From a virus (taxonomy: Duplodnaviria; Caudoviricetes), in the IMG/VR virus record IMGVR_UViG_3300021387_000452: a DNA stretch of 64,000 bases. The stretch is one strand, 5' to 3'. Within the stretch, counting starts at the first letter, position 1. The number at the start of each line of letters is the position of its first letter. The notes below the pieces were generated by a model that saw only the letters and a program-made list of their open reading frames with translations, was not told the DNA's origin and made no database searches. The position numbers and the translations under genes were made by a program. Below, piece by piece: positions 46,833 to 57,703 of this stretch.

Positions 46833-47126
46833 CTATGCACGTCGATGACGCTCTTTTCTCTTCTTTGTATTATCTTTTGATATCTCTGGAATTGTATCAT
46901 CATACGGTCTAAGTCTACGATGCTCAATAGAGATAAGATAATCTACTCTAGGATTTACTTCATAAAGACCGTACCAAGTTGTATTTTCATTAGTCAAAGT
47001 GTGAACATATTCTAAAGCTTCTTCTTTTGTAGTAAAGTCCATTGTTATTTGTTTATATGGAAACTTTTCTATCATTGCTCTAAATATGCTAGGTTCTATC
47101 TTTGTCTCTTTTGGTTTTCTTGCCAT
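46833..47126 (-). CDS. hypothetical basic protein
   Basis: GGAG before MARKPKE. Confidence 0.65.
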   Translation of the reverse strand: MARKPKETKIEPSIFRAMIEKFPYKQITMDFTTKEEALEYVHTLTNENTTWYGLYEVNPRVDYLISIEHRRLRPYDDTIPEISKDNTKKRKERHRRA

Positions 47127-47198
47127 ACTAATACTCCATGAATAAGATGAGCTATTATTGAATATACAAGAGATCGAAATGTGCTTTAACATAAAGCA

Positions 47199-47220
47199 AA
47201 AGGGAGCAAAGGCTCCCTTT
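47199..47220 (-). terminator. intrinsic terminator
   Basis: AAAGGGAGC/GCTCCCTTT. Confidence 0.75.
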
Positions 47221-47254
47221 ATAATTAAATTTCTATGCTAATGACAATCTATAA

Positions 47255-48148
47255 CTACGGCTCTTCTGTTTCATCTTCAACATTTATTATTAAGCTAGTA
47301 CTAGATGTAGGCATAAAGCTAATCTGATAAACAGCTACAGCGCCAGATTCGGCTTTAATGTTATCAGTGTCTTCATTGTCAGCCGCCGGAGATACTTCGA
47401 TATTTTCTACACCGTCTACTGGCTCGACACCAACTTTCTTCATAGGATTATATACGCCTACAATAATAAAATTAGCGCCATTCGCATTACACTCAAGTGA
47501 ACTACCCCATGTATTTGGCTGCCATGTGTTTGAAGAACTGTCATATTTATATAAATATGATGTTATTTCACTATCAGGTTGATCACCTGGACCTGGCATT
47601 GCAGAAGTACTAACTGTAACTTGTACAGTAGTAGGTTCTACAGCAATACCGCCATCATCTTGATCATCAATAATAACGTCTGCACCATCATTTAAAGTTG
47701 ATGTAATATCATCAAAGCTAGTGTCAGGAATTCTATTTACTGATATAGGAGTAAATCTAGATTCTGGTACTCGTTTAGCTAATTCATTATATGGAGCATC
47801 ATTTCCTAAGCACACATAGAATGTAGCTAGAGTATCATTGGCTGGGATAATTGTATTGCAGTTAGTAGTAACTGATTCAAATAATTCTGTCGAGCCCTGT
47901 TTAATATAAACTCTGATTGAGTCAACTGAAACTGATTCTTTAAACGATATCTGACAATCTGCTGATGCAATGATCCAGTTATTATCTGATCTAAGCAAAG
48001 CTGGACCTGAGCAAACTAACTTTGTATTGACGTACACTACCATTGATAGGTTCTTCACTTTTTCTAGCTTAGAAATAAACTCTCTTACACTAGAACATTC
48101 GACTCCATCAATAGTCAGACTTTTACGTACAGCATCTTCTAACTTCAT
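47255..48148 (-). CDS. hypothetical beta-rich acidic protein (possible virion protein)
   Basis: 297-aa ORF, GGAG RBS. Confidence 0.6.
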   Translation of the reverse strand: MKLEDAVRKSLTIDGVECSSVREFISKLEKVKNLSMVVYVNTKLVCSGPALLRSDNNWIIASADCQISFKESVSVDSIRVYIKQGSTELFESVTTNCNTIIPANDTLATFYVCLGNDAPYNELAKRVPESRFTPISVNRIPDTSFDDITSTLNDGADVIIDDQDDGGIAVEPTTVQVTVSTSAMPGPGDQPDSEITSYLYKYDSSSNTWQPNTWGSSLECNANGANFIIVGVYNPMKKVGVEPVDGVENIEVSPAADNEDTDNIKAESGAVAVYQISFMPTSSTSLIINVEDETEEP

Positions 48149-48160
48149 TTTATATCTCCA

Positions 48161-48349
48161 TTATGAAACTTCTTCGATTGATTTCTCAACTTTTAATATT
48201 CGATATTCTCTATCATCACTAGACTCAAGCTCATCTAGCTTCTGCTTTGCTTCAGTAAAAGTAGCATATGAGCATATAAAAATATATGTATCATCATCTT
48301 TATCTTTTACCTCAACAGAGTAGTATAGTTTATGTTTTGTAAACATCAC
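48161..48349 (-). CDS. hypothetical protein
   Basis: ORF. Confidence 0.6.
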   Translation of the reverse strand: MMFTKHKLYYSVEVKDKDDDTYIFICSYATFTEAKQKLDELESSDDREYRILKVEKSIEEVS

Positions 48350-48567
48350 TAATCCCGAACGTATGATACATGGTCACATATATAGCTAACATACTCATCA
48401 AGAGATTTCTTGTCAACGCCATCTATGTGACTTTCAATGAAATGCTTGACTGGAGATCTTAGCATCTCTCGCTTAGTCAAGTGCGGATCAACACCGTTCA
48501 GCTCAATAGTGAGATACGTTTCAATGTCATACTTATTTAATACGTAATACATGAACGGCTTCATCAT
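48349..48567 (-). CDS. hypothetical protein
   Basis: ORF. Confidence 0.6.
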   Translation of the reverse strand: MMKPFMYYVLNKYDIETYLTIELNGVDPHLTKREMLRSPVKHFIESHIDGVDKKSLDEYVSYICDHVSYVRD

Positions 48568-48570
48568 AAT

Positions 48571-49119
48571 TCACTCTCTATAGCATCTGTAACAAACAGC
48601 TTTGTAATTATCCCATCCTGGATCTATAACACTCTCAGTCGTGTCTGGAGTTACTCTCTTATTGAATGAAGCGTGTTTGCCGCACGTTTGGCAAATAGTC
48701 TTCACTTCAATTATCTCATCGGCTAATTCAAATAGCCGCTTTGAAGCTGGAAACAAATGAGTAGTAAAATCAGTTCTTAAGCCAAAGCACAGCACATCAA
48801 TTTCTCTATCAACTGAGAAATTTCTTAATTCATCAATCTGTGGCTCAGTTAAGAACTGACACTCATCAATGAGAATTACATCTGCATTATTTATCAATTC
48901 ACTATAGTCATAGATACTATCTTCTTTATGTATAACAATGTCTGCTTTTCTTGGAGGAACTTGAGCTCTTGTTTCAATAAGCTCACTTCTAGTGTCTAGT
49001 GCTGGTTTTACAGTGACTACATTCCAACCAGCGGTGTCATAGTTATGTGCTATCGCAAGTAGCATCATAGTTTTACTACTGCTTACAGTGCCATGATAGA
49101 ATATAAGTTTTGCTGCCAT
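48571..49119 (-). CDS. tdk: thymidine kinase
   Basis: GTVSSSKT, KPALDTR, IDECQFL, FGLRTDF, CxxC...CxxC. Confidence 0.95.
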   Translation of the reverse strand: MAAKLIFYHGTVSSSKTMMLLAIAHNYDTAGWNVVTVKPALDTRSELIETRAQVPPRKADIVIHKEDSIYDYSELINNADVILIDECQFLTEPQIDELRNFSVDREIDVLCFGLRTDFTTHLFPASKRLFELADEIIEVKTICQTCGKHASFNKRVTPDTTESVIDPGWDNYKAVCYRCYRE

Positions 49120-49127
49120 AAAGCCCT

Positions 49128-49571
49128 CTAGATAAGCTTGTTAAAACCGAACATCTCACAAAGATCATCAATCACTCTATTTGAACTATTACCATACTTT
49201 TTTGCATGATCGCATCTTGACTGATAAGAAGCTCTATCGTTTTCAATTTCTTTTTCAAGAATATCTCTACACTGCTTTACGTTATTAGAAATAATTCTAA
49301 TAAGAGCAAGCTTCTTCCACTGCTCAAGATTTGAATCACAAATCAATCCATCAGTGTAGCTGCTTTGCTTTCCAGCTGAGTCCCATTTATAATATTCAAA
49401 TGCTGTAGCAAGCTCATCACAGAATTGAATAGCTTCTTCTTTCTTATTCTCGATAATAGCCTGAATTATTAAAGCTTGGTAGCAGTTTGGGTTGATCATA
49501 TTAAAGATGTCAAACATCGTCTTTCCATGACTAATTGCATGGTTACTCATCATCAGATCCTCACTAATCAC
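49128..49571 (-). CDS. hypothetical protein
   Basis: ORF. Confidence 0.65.
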   Translation of the reverse strand: MISEDLMMSNHAISHGKTMFDIFNMINPNCYQALIIQAIIENKKEEAIQFCDELATAFEYYKWDSAGKQSSYTDGLICDSNLEQWKKLALIRIISNNVKQCRDILEKEIENDRASYQSRCDHAKKYGNSSNRVIDDLCEMFGFNKLI

Positions 49572-49921
49572 TAGATTTTGGTTTTACTAAGTTTTCTATA
49601 ATACTTCTTTACATAGAATCTGAGCATTCCTTTTGGATCATAATCTTCTTTTTCTCCAGTCTTCATATGATCTAAGGCATTCTTCTCAGTAAGCCAGTAG
49701 CATCTAAAGTCTTTATAATCTGGGAAGTCTTTCTTGAATGATGATATGATATGATCAAAATTGCGATTAAGCATATGATCAAAGTTTGTTCCAGACTTCA
49801 CATTAAGAAAGAAGTACTGTAAGTATTCTTCAAATGAAACAATCTCATTGAACCCAAGATATTCATAAATTCTATCTAAAATCTTCTTTTGTCTATCATT
49901 GCAAAGATTGTATCTATCCAT
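49571..49921 (-). CDS. hypothetical protein
   Basis: AGGAG RBS. Confidence 0.65.
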   Translation of the reverse strand: MDRYNLCNDRQKKILDRIYEYLGFNEIVSFEEYLQYFFLNVKSGTNFDHMLNRNFDHIISSFKKDFPDYKDFRCYWLTEKNALDHMKTGEKEDYDPKGMLRFYVKKYYRKLSKTKI

Positions 49922-49942
49922 AACTAAGCTCCTACAAAAATA

Positions 49943-49977
49943 AAGGCATCATATATTTGATATACATATGATGCCTT
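49943..49977 (-). terminator. terminator ending tail operon, TGTATA in its interior
   Basis: AAGGCATCATAT/ATATGATGCCTT + T tract. Confidence 0.7.
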
Positions 49978-50003
49978 CATAACTTAATTATCTGTAATGA
50001 ACA

Positions 50004-51170
50004 CTAGAATCCTATGACATAGCCGAATCTGTCTATCGCATGCTTATCCGCTCTAACTGAGCCCTTGATGTAGTCAACAAGTAGCAAATTGAATCTATCA
50101 TCAATGTTACCTTGATGCAATATTTTATCATCACCACTAGTTGTATAGTATGCAGGCGCAAAGTTTAGAATTTCACCACATTCGTCTGGTAGTGTATCTT
50201 TGAAATTAGATTGCTCATACTGGCCAAAGTTAAACAAATTCTGATGTACTCTATAGAAAGCTTTACCATCTTTAACACTGCCTTCAACAATCTTTTTCTT
50301 TCGAGTATAGATAGCAATTTGTCTTGGAATAATATTCTGATCAAGCTTAAGAACTTCTTGCATATTACGTGGATTAATAGTCGACGTAATAATTAGATGA
50401 TGCGGTAGAACATTATCCTGGCCAAGCTTCTCATCTGGAGAAACGATCTCCCAATACCTGTCTCCATAAAAGAACTGCCGTGATAAGCCTCGATAATTAC
50501 CATCTTCATCAGTACCGATGTCTTTAACAAAATCTACTGTACATCTTACTGCGCCAAGAAGTCCAACTGGGACACATGCTTTTATTCCTGACTTAAGATA
50601 TAGTGCATTATGTTTAAGAGCTCTCCCACGTAGAACGAGTTCTGAAAAGTATTGAGCAGCTGGCATTTGTATAAGTGGACCAGTAGGTGTTAATGGCTTT
50701 GCTATATCATCATCTATTCTATACCAGTTGAAAGTCTCAGTCTCTCCAGATGGCTGCACATAATAGCGATGGAACTGATCACGTGTTATGTCTTCTGGAG
50801 CACCTTCATCTTGACTAATAAGAACATCATCTTCATTATAGTGCTGCCAAACACAGGGGAACGGCGGTAGATATTCTGCAGATATTTCTGCAAGACTACC
50901 AAGTTGTGGCACCCCATTATTCAATTTCTGTTCAACACTATTTTCTTTTATGAAGTATTGATTCACACGCTTATCATCAAACTGATTATTAGTGACAGTG
51001 TTATCAGTTATGATAGATGTGTTGTATGGAGCAAGAGGAATTTCACTTTGAGAATCCCATAGATGATTGCCTATGCCAAATAGCATGTATGTCTCATTAT
51101 TTTCACCATCGAGAATCTCTTTGAATTCTCTAGCTTTCAAGTATCTTCCATAGTTAGTATATATTGCCAT
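50004..51170 (-). CDS. putative baseplate protein
   Basis: MAIYT..GR...A..F......Y..FG.G...W N-terminus; position in tail cluster. Confidence 0.5.
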   Translation of the reverse strand: MAIYTNYGRYLKAREFKEILDGENNETYMLFGIGNHLWDSQSEIPLAPYNTSIITDNTVTNNQFDDKRVNQYFIKENSVEQKLNNGVPQLGSLAEISAEYLPPFPCVWQHYNEDDVLISQDEGAPEDITRDQFHRYYVQPSGETETFNWYRIDDDIAKPLTPTGPLIQMPAAQYFSELVLRGRALKHNALYLKSGIKACVPVGLLGAVRCTVDFVKDIGTDEDGNYRGLSRQFFYGDRYWEIVSPDEKLGQDNVLPHHLIITSTINPRNMQEVLKLDQNIIPRQIAIYTRKKKIVEGSVKDGKAFYRVHQNLFNFGQYEQSNFKDTLPDECGEILNFAPAYYTTSGDDKILHQGNIDDRFNLLLVDYIKGSVRADKHAIDRFGYVIGF

Positions 51171-51199
51171 AGTTGTTAGTCTCCATTAATAACTCATGC

Positions 51200-54100
51200 T
51201 TATTTAATTCTCATCACAAGTAGAACTCCGGTGCTAGAGCTTGCAGATAAAACTGTAAAAGCTACTCCGTTCTGCGGTACAATTTCTGTGTCATTGCCAA
51301 AAAATATGCTTGCTTCAGGATCAGTAAAATCACATAGTGCTAATGAAATACCTGAGCGTAAAACAGGCGGGAAAAAATCATCACCTTTATCACCACCAGC
51401 GCCATAGTTCATAATGCGCCATCCATTAACGCCAGATTCTCTCACAATTTGAGAACCGTATCGTAAATAATTGAATGGATTTACATCAGTTGATAATAAG
51501 TTTATAAATCTAACAGTTAAAATGCTACCAAGAGGTGGCATAATTGTCTGCGTTCCTCTAGCACCATGCTCATAGTCTTCATCAGATGCTAAATAATACG
51601 GATAATAAGGCATAACACCATTAAAACTTTTAGCATATACATTATCGAACGGTTTAGACTGGCTCCCGACATTTGATGTGTAACCATTGTATGACATTGT
51701 TGTGTAGACTATATAACCGCCATTATGAGCAAGTTTGTTATTAGCTGCGCGTATTGTAACCCATGATTTAAGGCGGAGCACACTCATAGTGCTACTTGTA
51801 GTACTACTATGTGTTAATAGTATTGGTTTAGAACTAGTGTGTAATTGGTCAATAGCATTGGATATTGAACTAATAGTATCTTCAACAAGTTCATTAATTA
51901 TCTGTATAGCTGTTGAATAGTCATCATATGCGCTAGTGCCATCTATATAGCCATCACTTTGAACCATATTAATAACAAAGCTATTATAACCAATTGGCTG
52001 AATATCATCTGTGTTTAATGTGCTGCTATATGAGTTAATTACGTTTAATTCTTTAAATCGATTTTCTGCTGTGCCAAGACTGTATTCATCATCAATAGGA
52101 ACCACCTCATAAGGTCGTATAATAAGCTCTTCACTAAATATATCTAGCTCATCACCCTCTATTATAGTGAGGCTAGTGTCATCTTTAGCCGCGCATGTAA
52201 CACCAGCTGCATTATTCTTAACTCTAGCTGCAATAGTCACTTTAGCGCCGTTTAAACTGCTAGGTATAGTTGAATTATCTGTGGTTGCATGCGCAAAAAT
52301 AACTGCGCTATTATTATCAGCTCTTGATGACATAACAGTACTATACACTATTTGTTCAGTTGATTCAGCGCTTCTTTTACCAGCAGTAGCTGCTGAATAC
52401 ACACAAGCAGTTCTAGCAGGATACACATTAGTATCTGACCATGATATACGTGACCAGTTATTTATACTATTAGTAATAACATTTTCAGTAGGATTGCCAA
52501 TATCAGCGCCGCCATCTATCATAGACGCTGTCATGACTGAATGGCAAGCTCTGTTGCATTTTCCAGCCTGTATTGGCTCAGTAGATCTATAACATGATGT
52601 TGCAACGGCAGAATCAGAACCAATGCTCTTTCTAGAAGCATGTAACTTTGACCCTCTAAGAGTGCTATCATGTAAATCAACCAGATTTGACGTGTCAGTA
52701 TAAACACCATTTCTAAATTGCACTGGGCTATTAAATGATTTATAACCCCAAATCTCTTGGTTATAAGAACCATCTACATTGTAAGTATTCATATGATGTT
52801 CATTTCTTTCATCAAATGAATTTTCCATATTACCAGCAGTAGAAGTTGATGTAATATCACCACGACCATTAGTCTGTGAATTAGAACCTGATACAATAAG
52901 TTGATCTGGCGAGTAATTATATTCATCAGCCTCTGCAAAGTGTAAGTTACAGCCATGCAAATCACTATCACTTTCACTATAATCTTCTTCTACAATACTC
53001 CAACCAGTTGGTACAGTATAACTGTTTCGCCATTGATCTCCAGTACCTGTTCTACAATAAAATGTACCATCTGTAATATTAGTCTCTATAAATGAATTTA
53101 TATATGATGGTTTTGCATAACAGTATACTTTCTTAAGTGATGTGCAGCCATAAAACATGAACACAGCGCACCCTTCTAAATTAGTATTAGTATAGCCTAT
53201 AACTGGACTTTCTTCTAAAGAAGTGCACCCATTAAACATATAATTAAAATGTGAGTTATGCTCATCATCTGGGTAATCCATTTTTAGTGGTAGCTTTGGT
53301 GGAACTACTAATGACGTACATCCGTCAAACATGTTCATGCATGACATTCCATTTGCGGTACACTTTGACATATCAGGTGCTTCTACTAAGCCAGTGCAAT
53401 GCCAAAATAAATCAAAGAAGTCATATTCGCCTACGGTATCTATGCTTGATAAAATTAAATCTGAAGCCGACGTAATTAGTGGGTTAGCGCAAAACATTCT
53501 ATTAAATCTATAACCCTGTGACTGATGTATCATTTTGCCACGCATAGATGAAATATCACCAGATAATATAGCTTCTATATTTCCAGTACCCGTAATATTA
53601 AAGTATGTGTAACGGTTTATATCGCCAAATCCAGGATTATCTGATTTAATCTGTATACTTTCACCGCCATTAAGTATTAGTGATGCTAATACACTATAGC
53701 TACTACAATCTCTACCAAGATAGTCATCAACATGACGGCTTGTATCAATTTCATCATGAAATGTCCACATGTCATAAGTAATCCAATCTTCACCAGACTT
53801 TTTAATATCATACGATGGGCTATAAGACTCCCATGATGTGACATCGCCAGACATTCGTAATTCAACAGTGAGTGTACCAGAGCCTTTGGCTGTAATTGTT
53901 AGCGGTTCATTATATGCAAAGCTTCCTAGCGTACCTATATGAATATATAGGCTCAACCCATCAATATAAAAATTGTTTACTCCAGCTTCACCATTAATAG
54001 GGCTGCATCTATTTGTTAAATACAGCCCGTTAAATTCTAATGATATATCACTTTCATATGTTTCATATAAGCCGCCAGAGTGTATTCTATTGTCTATCTT

Positions 54101-54553
54101 TTTAGATGATTTTATTATATTATACTTTGCAAATAAAGCTCCGCCGAATGATGTTGACATAGGTTCAAATTCATCTGCATCAATGCGGTCTTTAATATTA
54201 CCTTTTTTATCAAGAACGTATATCGGTGCCCAACTACTAGTCGAAGAATTATATTGGTCTGGAAAATTTGCAAATGTAAACGATTCACCTTCAAAGGGTT
54301 TGATTCTAATTGAACCCTTTAGAGGCCCTAGTTTCCAACAGAAATAACTATCATATGTAAAACCATAATCAGCGAATGCGTTGTTTACTTTAACAGATTC
54401 AATGTGAGACTCAAATCCAAGGCCATTTTTACCAAGGATTTCATCCATTGTAAGTTTTCTAGTTTGCCCATAGTAGACATTACCAGAAGCTTCTATTGAA
54501 GGGTATAGCAACCTTGCTAGTGATTCATAATCATCTTTTGGATTTATTGCCAT
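51200..54553 (-). CDS. tail fibre/receptor-binding protein with BspA-like LRR insert
   Basis: MFxGCTSLxxxP repeats; P..D.YSLGT...RF fibre repeat; Q.IWG.KSF. Confidence 0.65.
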   Translation of the reverse strand: MAINPKDDYESLARLLYPSIEASGNVYYGQTRKLTMDEILGKNGLGFESHIESVKVNNAFADYGFTYDSYFCWKLGPLKGSIRIKPFEGESFTFANFPDQYNSSTSSWAPIYVLDKKGNIKDRIDADEFEPMSTSFGGALFAKYNIIKSSKKIDNRIHSGGLYETYESDISLEFNGLYLTNRCSPINGEAGVNNFYIDGLSLYIHIGTLGSFAYNEPLTITAKGSGTLTVELRMSGDVTSWESYSPSYDIKKSGEDWITYDMWTFHDEIDTSRHVDDYLGRDCSSYSVLASLILNGGESIQIKSDNPGFGDINRYTYFNITGTGNIEAILSGDISSMRGKMIHQSQGYRFNRMFCANPLITSASDLILSSIDTVGEYDFFDLFWHCTGLVEAPDMSKCTANGMSCMNMFDGCTSLVVPPKLPLKMDYPDDEHNSHFNYMFNGCTSLEESPVIGYTNTNLEGCAVFMFYGCTSLKKVYCYAKPSYINSFIETNITDGTFYCRTGTGDQWRNSYTVPTGWSIVEEDYSESDSDLHGCNLHFAEADEYNYSPDQLIVSGSNSQTNGRGDITSTSTAGNMENSFDERNEHHMNTYNVDGSYNQEIWGYKSFNSPVQFRNGVYTDTSNLVDLHDSTLRGSKLHASRKSIGSDSAVATSCYRSTEPIQAGKCNRACHSVMTASMIDGGADIGNPTENVITNSINNWSRISWSDTNVYPARTACVYSAATAGKRSAESTEQIVYSTVMSSRADNNSAVIFAHATTDNSTIPSSLNGAKVTIAARVKNNAAGVTCAAKDDTSLTIIEGDELDIFSEELIIRPYEVVPIDDEYSLGTAENRFKELNVINSYSSTLNTDDIQPIGYNSFVINMVQSDGYIDGTSAYDDYSTAIQIINELVEDTISSISNAIDQLHTSSKPILLTHSSTTSSTMSVLRLKSWVTIRAANNKLAHNGGYIVYTTMSYNGYTSNVGSQSKPFDNVYAKSFNGVMPYYPYYLASDEDYEHGARGTQTIMPPLGSILTVRFINLLSTDVNPFNYLRYGSQIVRESGVNGWRIMNYGAGGDKGDDFFPPVLRSGISLALCDFTDPEASIFFGNDTEIVPQNGVAFTVLSASSSTGVLLVMRIK

Positions 54554-54679
54554 ATCTATATAACTCCTACTACATAAGAGAATTTGACATAAAGCATTTT
54601 ACTGCTATAGACATTTGATATTCTAGTCATATACTTACTATACATCTAAGAAATGATTGACTAAACATAGATACAATAA

Positions 54680-54703
54680 AGCCCTAGCAAATTTGCTAGG
54701 GCT
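54680..54703. terminator. 24-bp perfect palindrome/terminator
   Basis: AGCCCTAGCAAATTTGCTAGGGCT. Confidence 0.7.
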
Positions 54704-54732
54704 GAGCATTAGCTAATTTATCATTATGAAAT

Positions 54733-57693
54733 CTATGACGCAGAAATGTTGCTTCTAAGTCTATAAAAATTACTAAAGAACTTAGTGCTAACATCATCTG
54801 TTCTATCTACGCTATACTTATCATAGATATAATATAGACCGTCATTTAAGCATATATAGCGTTTCCTATCTGGAGAATAACTAGTAGGAGGAGTTTTTAC
54901 AGTTAAAAAGTTAACCAATCCAAACGGATTAGAACTAATGCTATGATTTAGTATAGATGCATGTGTTAAATACCAAGTAGTGTCTATCTTTGTGAATATG
55001 AATCCACGTACACCAACATAGTTACTTGAACTATCATAGAAATTAAAGTTTATGTAGATCATACTGTTACAAAGCTGAACAACACTTAATGGATAACCAG
55101 AGTCTACAGTTGATTCGTAGTAGTCTGAATTATTATGTATGTATGAACCAGGATTGTTAATAAACGTGCGAATAGCTGACTTGAAATTTATTCTATCAAC
55201 CACGTCCATAGTAACTGTTGATGATGATATGCTCTTATATTTCGCAAAGTATATATAGCCATCGCTAGCTGAATAGCTTATCCAGCAAAGTGCTACAGTT
55301 GGTGTTGAGCTAGATAAATTATCATTTAAGGCATATATAGTACAGAATGGCTCAGAACTACTTGTTGATATAGAAGCTGACTGTGTTGGCAATCCACTAT
55401 ATGTGGTACTAGTTAATTTAACATATCGTGTCACAGATGAACTACCACTGTAAGCTGCTGCAGGAAGACCATAGCAATTAGCTGTATCGTCATTATTCGC
55501 ATATCTAGTAAACACAGCTAATGGCGTAGAGCTATTTATAAGAACGCAGTCATATATCGAACCATTACTATAGTTCATTGTACTAGAACTACTTAGATAT
55601 AATCTAAGATAGCTACCATCTGATAAAAGACTTCTACTAGATGATACGTCAAATCTCTTAAGATTACCAGCATTATTATATGGAAGCGCAACTGGAGCCA
55701 TGTCTCTAATAACAATAACTTTTCCAGCAGAAGAGTCTGCTGGCCATGAAGAACTACTAAGTATATTTGTAGCGCTACTAGCATTACCAGATAAACTGCC
55801 ACTAAATGTTTTACAGCTCAATGTTTTAGTGCTTGGATTATAGTAGACATCGCTACTAGAAGTAGCTGTGTAAAGCTTTTTCTCAGCTGGAACGCTAGTG
55901 CCAGTGTTGACACCATTAGCAAATACTAGTGGGTGTTGTGAGTTAGTAGTTGACCCAGTAACTTGCACAAATTTAGCTGATTGCGCATAGCACTGACTAT
56001 CAATCATGCTCCAGTAAGATCCATCATACACTAATTCAAAAATACTATTTGCTGGCCATGAGTCAAACACCGTAGATCCTGGAGACATGCCATTATACAT
56101 CTTAATGTATTTAGCGCCAGTATTATTCACATTAAGAGTCGGAAGATTTGTTAATGTTGTACTATTAGTGTTTGTGAACTTTACAACAACACGAGCACCT
56201 ATTTCGAGCTTAAATGAACTGTTGTTGATAGTAACTACCTTCGCTGCCGTAGCTGCTGGAGTTGTACACTCTCCATAGTTGGATATGATATTTACTTTTA
56301 TTGACTCCCATTTAGTCCCAGTATACCTAAATGTTTTAAGAGAACCAGCATCCCAAGTTGAAGTATCAGAGCCGTCAGCAATAGCCCTAGCGCCGGTTGA
56401 ATTTACATTTAATGACACTTCACTTGTAGACGTATTAGCATACGTAAATAATACGGTTATAATGGACCCTATAGTTAGCGTGAATCCATAGCATGCTACA
56501 ATACGAGACGACCCTGAGTTTGTGCACGTGCCATTGTAAAATGGTCCAGTAGAACCATCTTCAATAATACCGAAAATACTATGAGCAGTATCTTCTACTA
56601 AAGTCCCATTAAACTTACCACCATAAAAGTCACTAGCACACACGCCAGAAAACTTATAGTTGCTAAACCCTAACCAACCTTTTCCATTTTGACTAGGTCT
56701 AATTGATGGGTACGCATTATTATTTTCACTATTGCCTATAATTAAATAGCCACTAGATGTATTTTCACCTGAGGCGTATATATGTTTCCATTGCCACGAT
56801 GTGCTTCCCAAGTCATAAGTGTTTGAAGCATTTGGAACTATATCATCATATGATATTATATAATTATTATTAGTTGCAGAAAGCTTCGTTGTCTTCGTTA
56901 AACCACTTATATATGATAGATTGCTTGCATTTGTAGCTGTTGATGCGTTACCAGTAAATTCAGTACCATTAAATGTAGATGCATATATTTCGTTCCATCT
57001 TCCATCTGTAGTGTCACTACCAATGTTTAAAGTACTTTCTGTTGGTAAGATATTTCCAGAATGCTTAGTGTCATTCTTAAAAGTCTTTTCTCCATAAATA
57101 TTTTGCGGATCTCCAGATAAAGCACTAGTCGCAGAATGTGTAGTCACAGATCTAGCGTCAAAGTCTTCTCTTGCAGTAACCTCATCATTTAATTCTTCAG
57201 CTGTTGCATAAACATCATCCATGATAGTTAATGTAACATTTGTAGGATTTTCAAAATTATCTACGCGAATCCCAAACTTCACGAATAACTTGTACTCTGG
57301 ATCAACACTTTTTGAAGAAATAGATGTTTGAGAACCACCGCCTCTACGAGCTACAAATACTAGTTGTTCTGATGGATAAGTAGTGTCTGTCTTAGCCCAT
57401 ACACCGAATAAGTTAGCAAGACCACCACTCTGATACGTATTATTGTCTATTTGACAGTTTATACTAGCAGTCTTTGTATTATCATTTACAATATATGAAT
57501 TAACGTTGCCACTACCAGTGTACTGGCTAGAATTCTGAACAATGGCAGTTAGAGCTTTCATATCACTAGCTTGTTTATCATCTACATCCCAACTAGACGT
57601 AGCAGCTCTAACCCAAGTTATCTTTTCTCCACTAGCAGCAGCTGTCAGTAAATCTTGACCAACATTTGTTATATATGAATTGAGAAACGCCAT
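54733..57693 (-). CDS. tail fibre protein
   Basis: ITNVG..LL..A..G..I tail-collar-type N-terminus; GNASTAT, YDLGS...W, duplicated C.T...AK.V...F...N....TLNVN.TGA modules. Confidence 0.8.
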   Translation of the reverse strand: MAFLNSYITNVGQDLLTAAASGEKITWVRAATSSWDVDDKQASDMKALTAIVQNSSQYTGSGNVNSYIVNDNTKTASINCQIDNNTYQSGGLANLFGVWAKTDTTYPSEQLVFVARRGGGSQTSISSKSVDPEYKLFVKFGIRVDNFENPTNVTLTIMDDVYATAEELNDEVTAREDFDARSVTTHSATSALSGDPQNIYGEKTFKNDTKHSGNILPTESTLNIGSDTTDGRWNEIYASTFNGTEFTGNASTATNASNLSYISGLTKTTKLSATNNNYIISYDDIVPNASNTYDLGSTSWQWKHIYASGENTSSGYLIIGNSENNNAYPSIRPSQNGKGWLGFSNYKFSGVCASDFYGGKFNGTLVEDTAHSIFGIIEDGSTGPFYNGTCTNSGSSRIVACYGFTLTIGSIITVLFTYANTSTSEVSLNVNSTGARAIADGSDTSTWDAGSLKTFRYTGTKWESIKVNIISNYGECTTPAATAAKVVTINNSSFKLEIGARVVVKFTNTNSTTLTNLPTLNVNNTGAKYIKMYNGMSPGSTVFDSWPANSIFELVYDGSYWSMIDSQCYAQSAKFVQVTGSTTNSQHPLVFANGVNTGTSVPAEKKLYTATSSSDVYYNPSTKTLSCKTFSGSLSGNASSATNILSSSSWPADSSAGKVIVIRDMAPVALPYNNAGNLKRFDVSSSRSLLSDGSYLRLYLSSSSTMNYSNGSIYDCVLINSSTPLAVFTRYANNDDTANCYGLPAAAYSGSSSVTRYVKLTSTTYSGLPTQSASISTSSSEPFCTIYALNDNLSSSTPTVALCWISYSASDGYIYFAKYKSISSSTVTMDVVDRINFKSAIRTFINNPGSYIHNNSDYYESTVDSGYPLSVVQLCNSMIYINFNFYDSSSNYVGVRGFIFTKIDTTWYLTHASILNHSISSNPFGLVNFLTVKTPPTSYSPDRKRYICLNDGLYYIYDKYSVDRTDDVSTKFFSNFYRLRSNISAS

Positions 57694-57703
57694 GATATTA
57701 CCT

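Noticed and set aside
51200-57693. Diversity-generating retroelement targeting the fibres
   Set aside because: No reverse transcriptase or TR/VR repeat pair is seen in this window.
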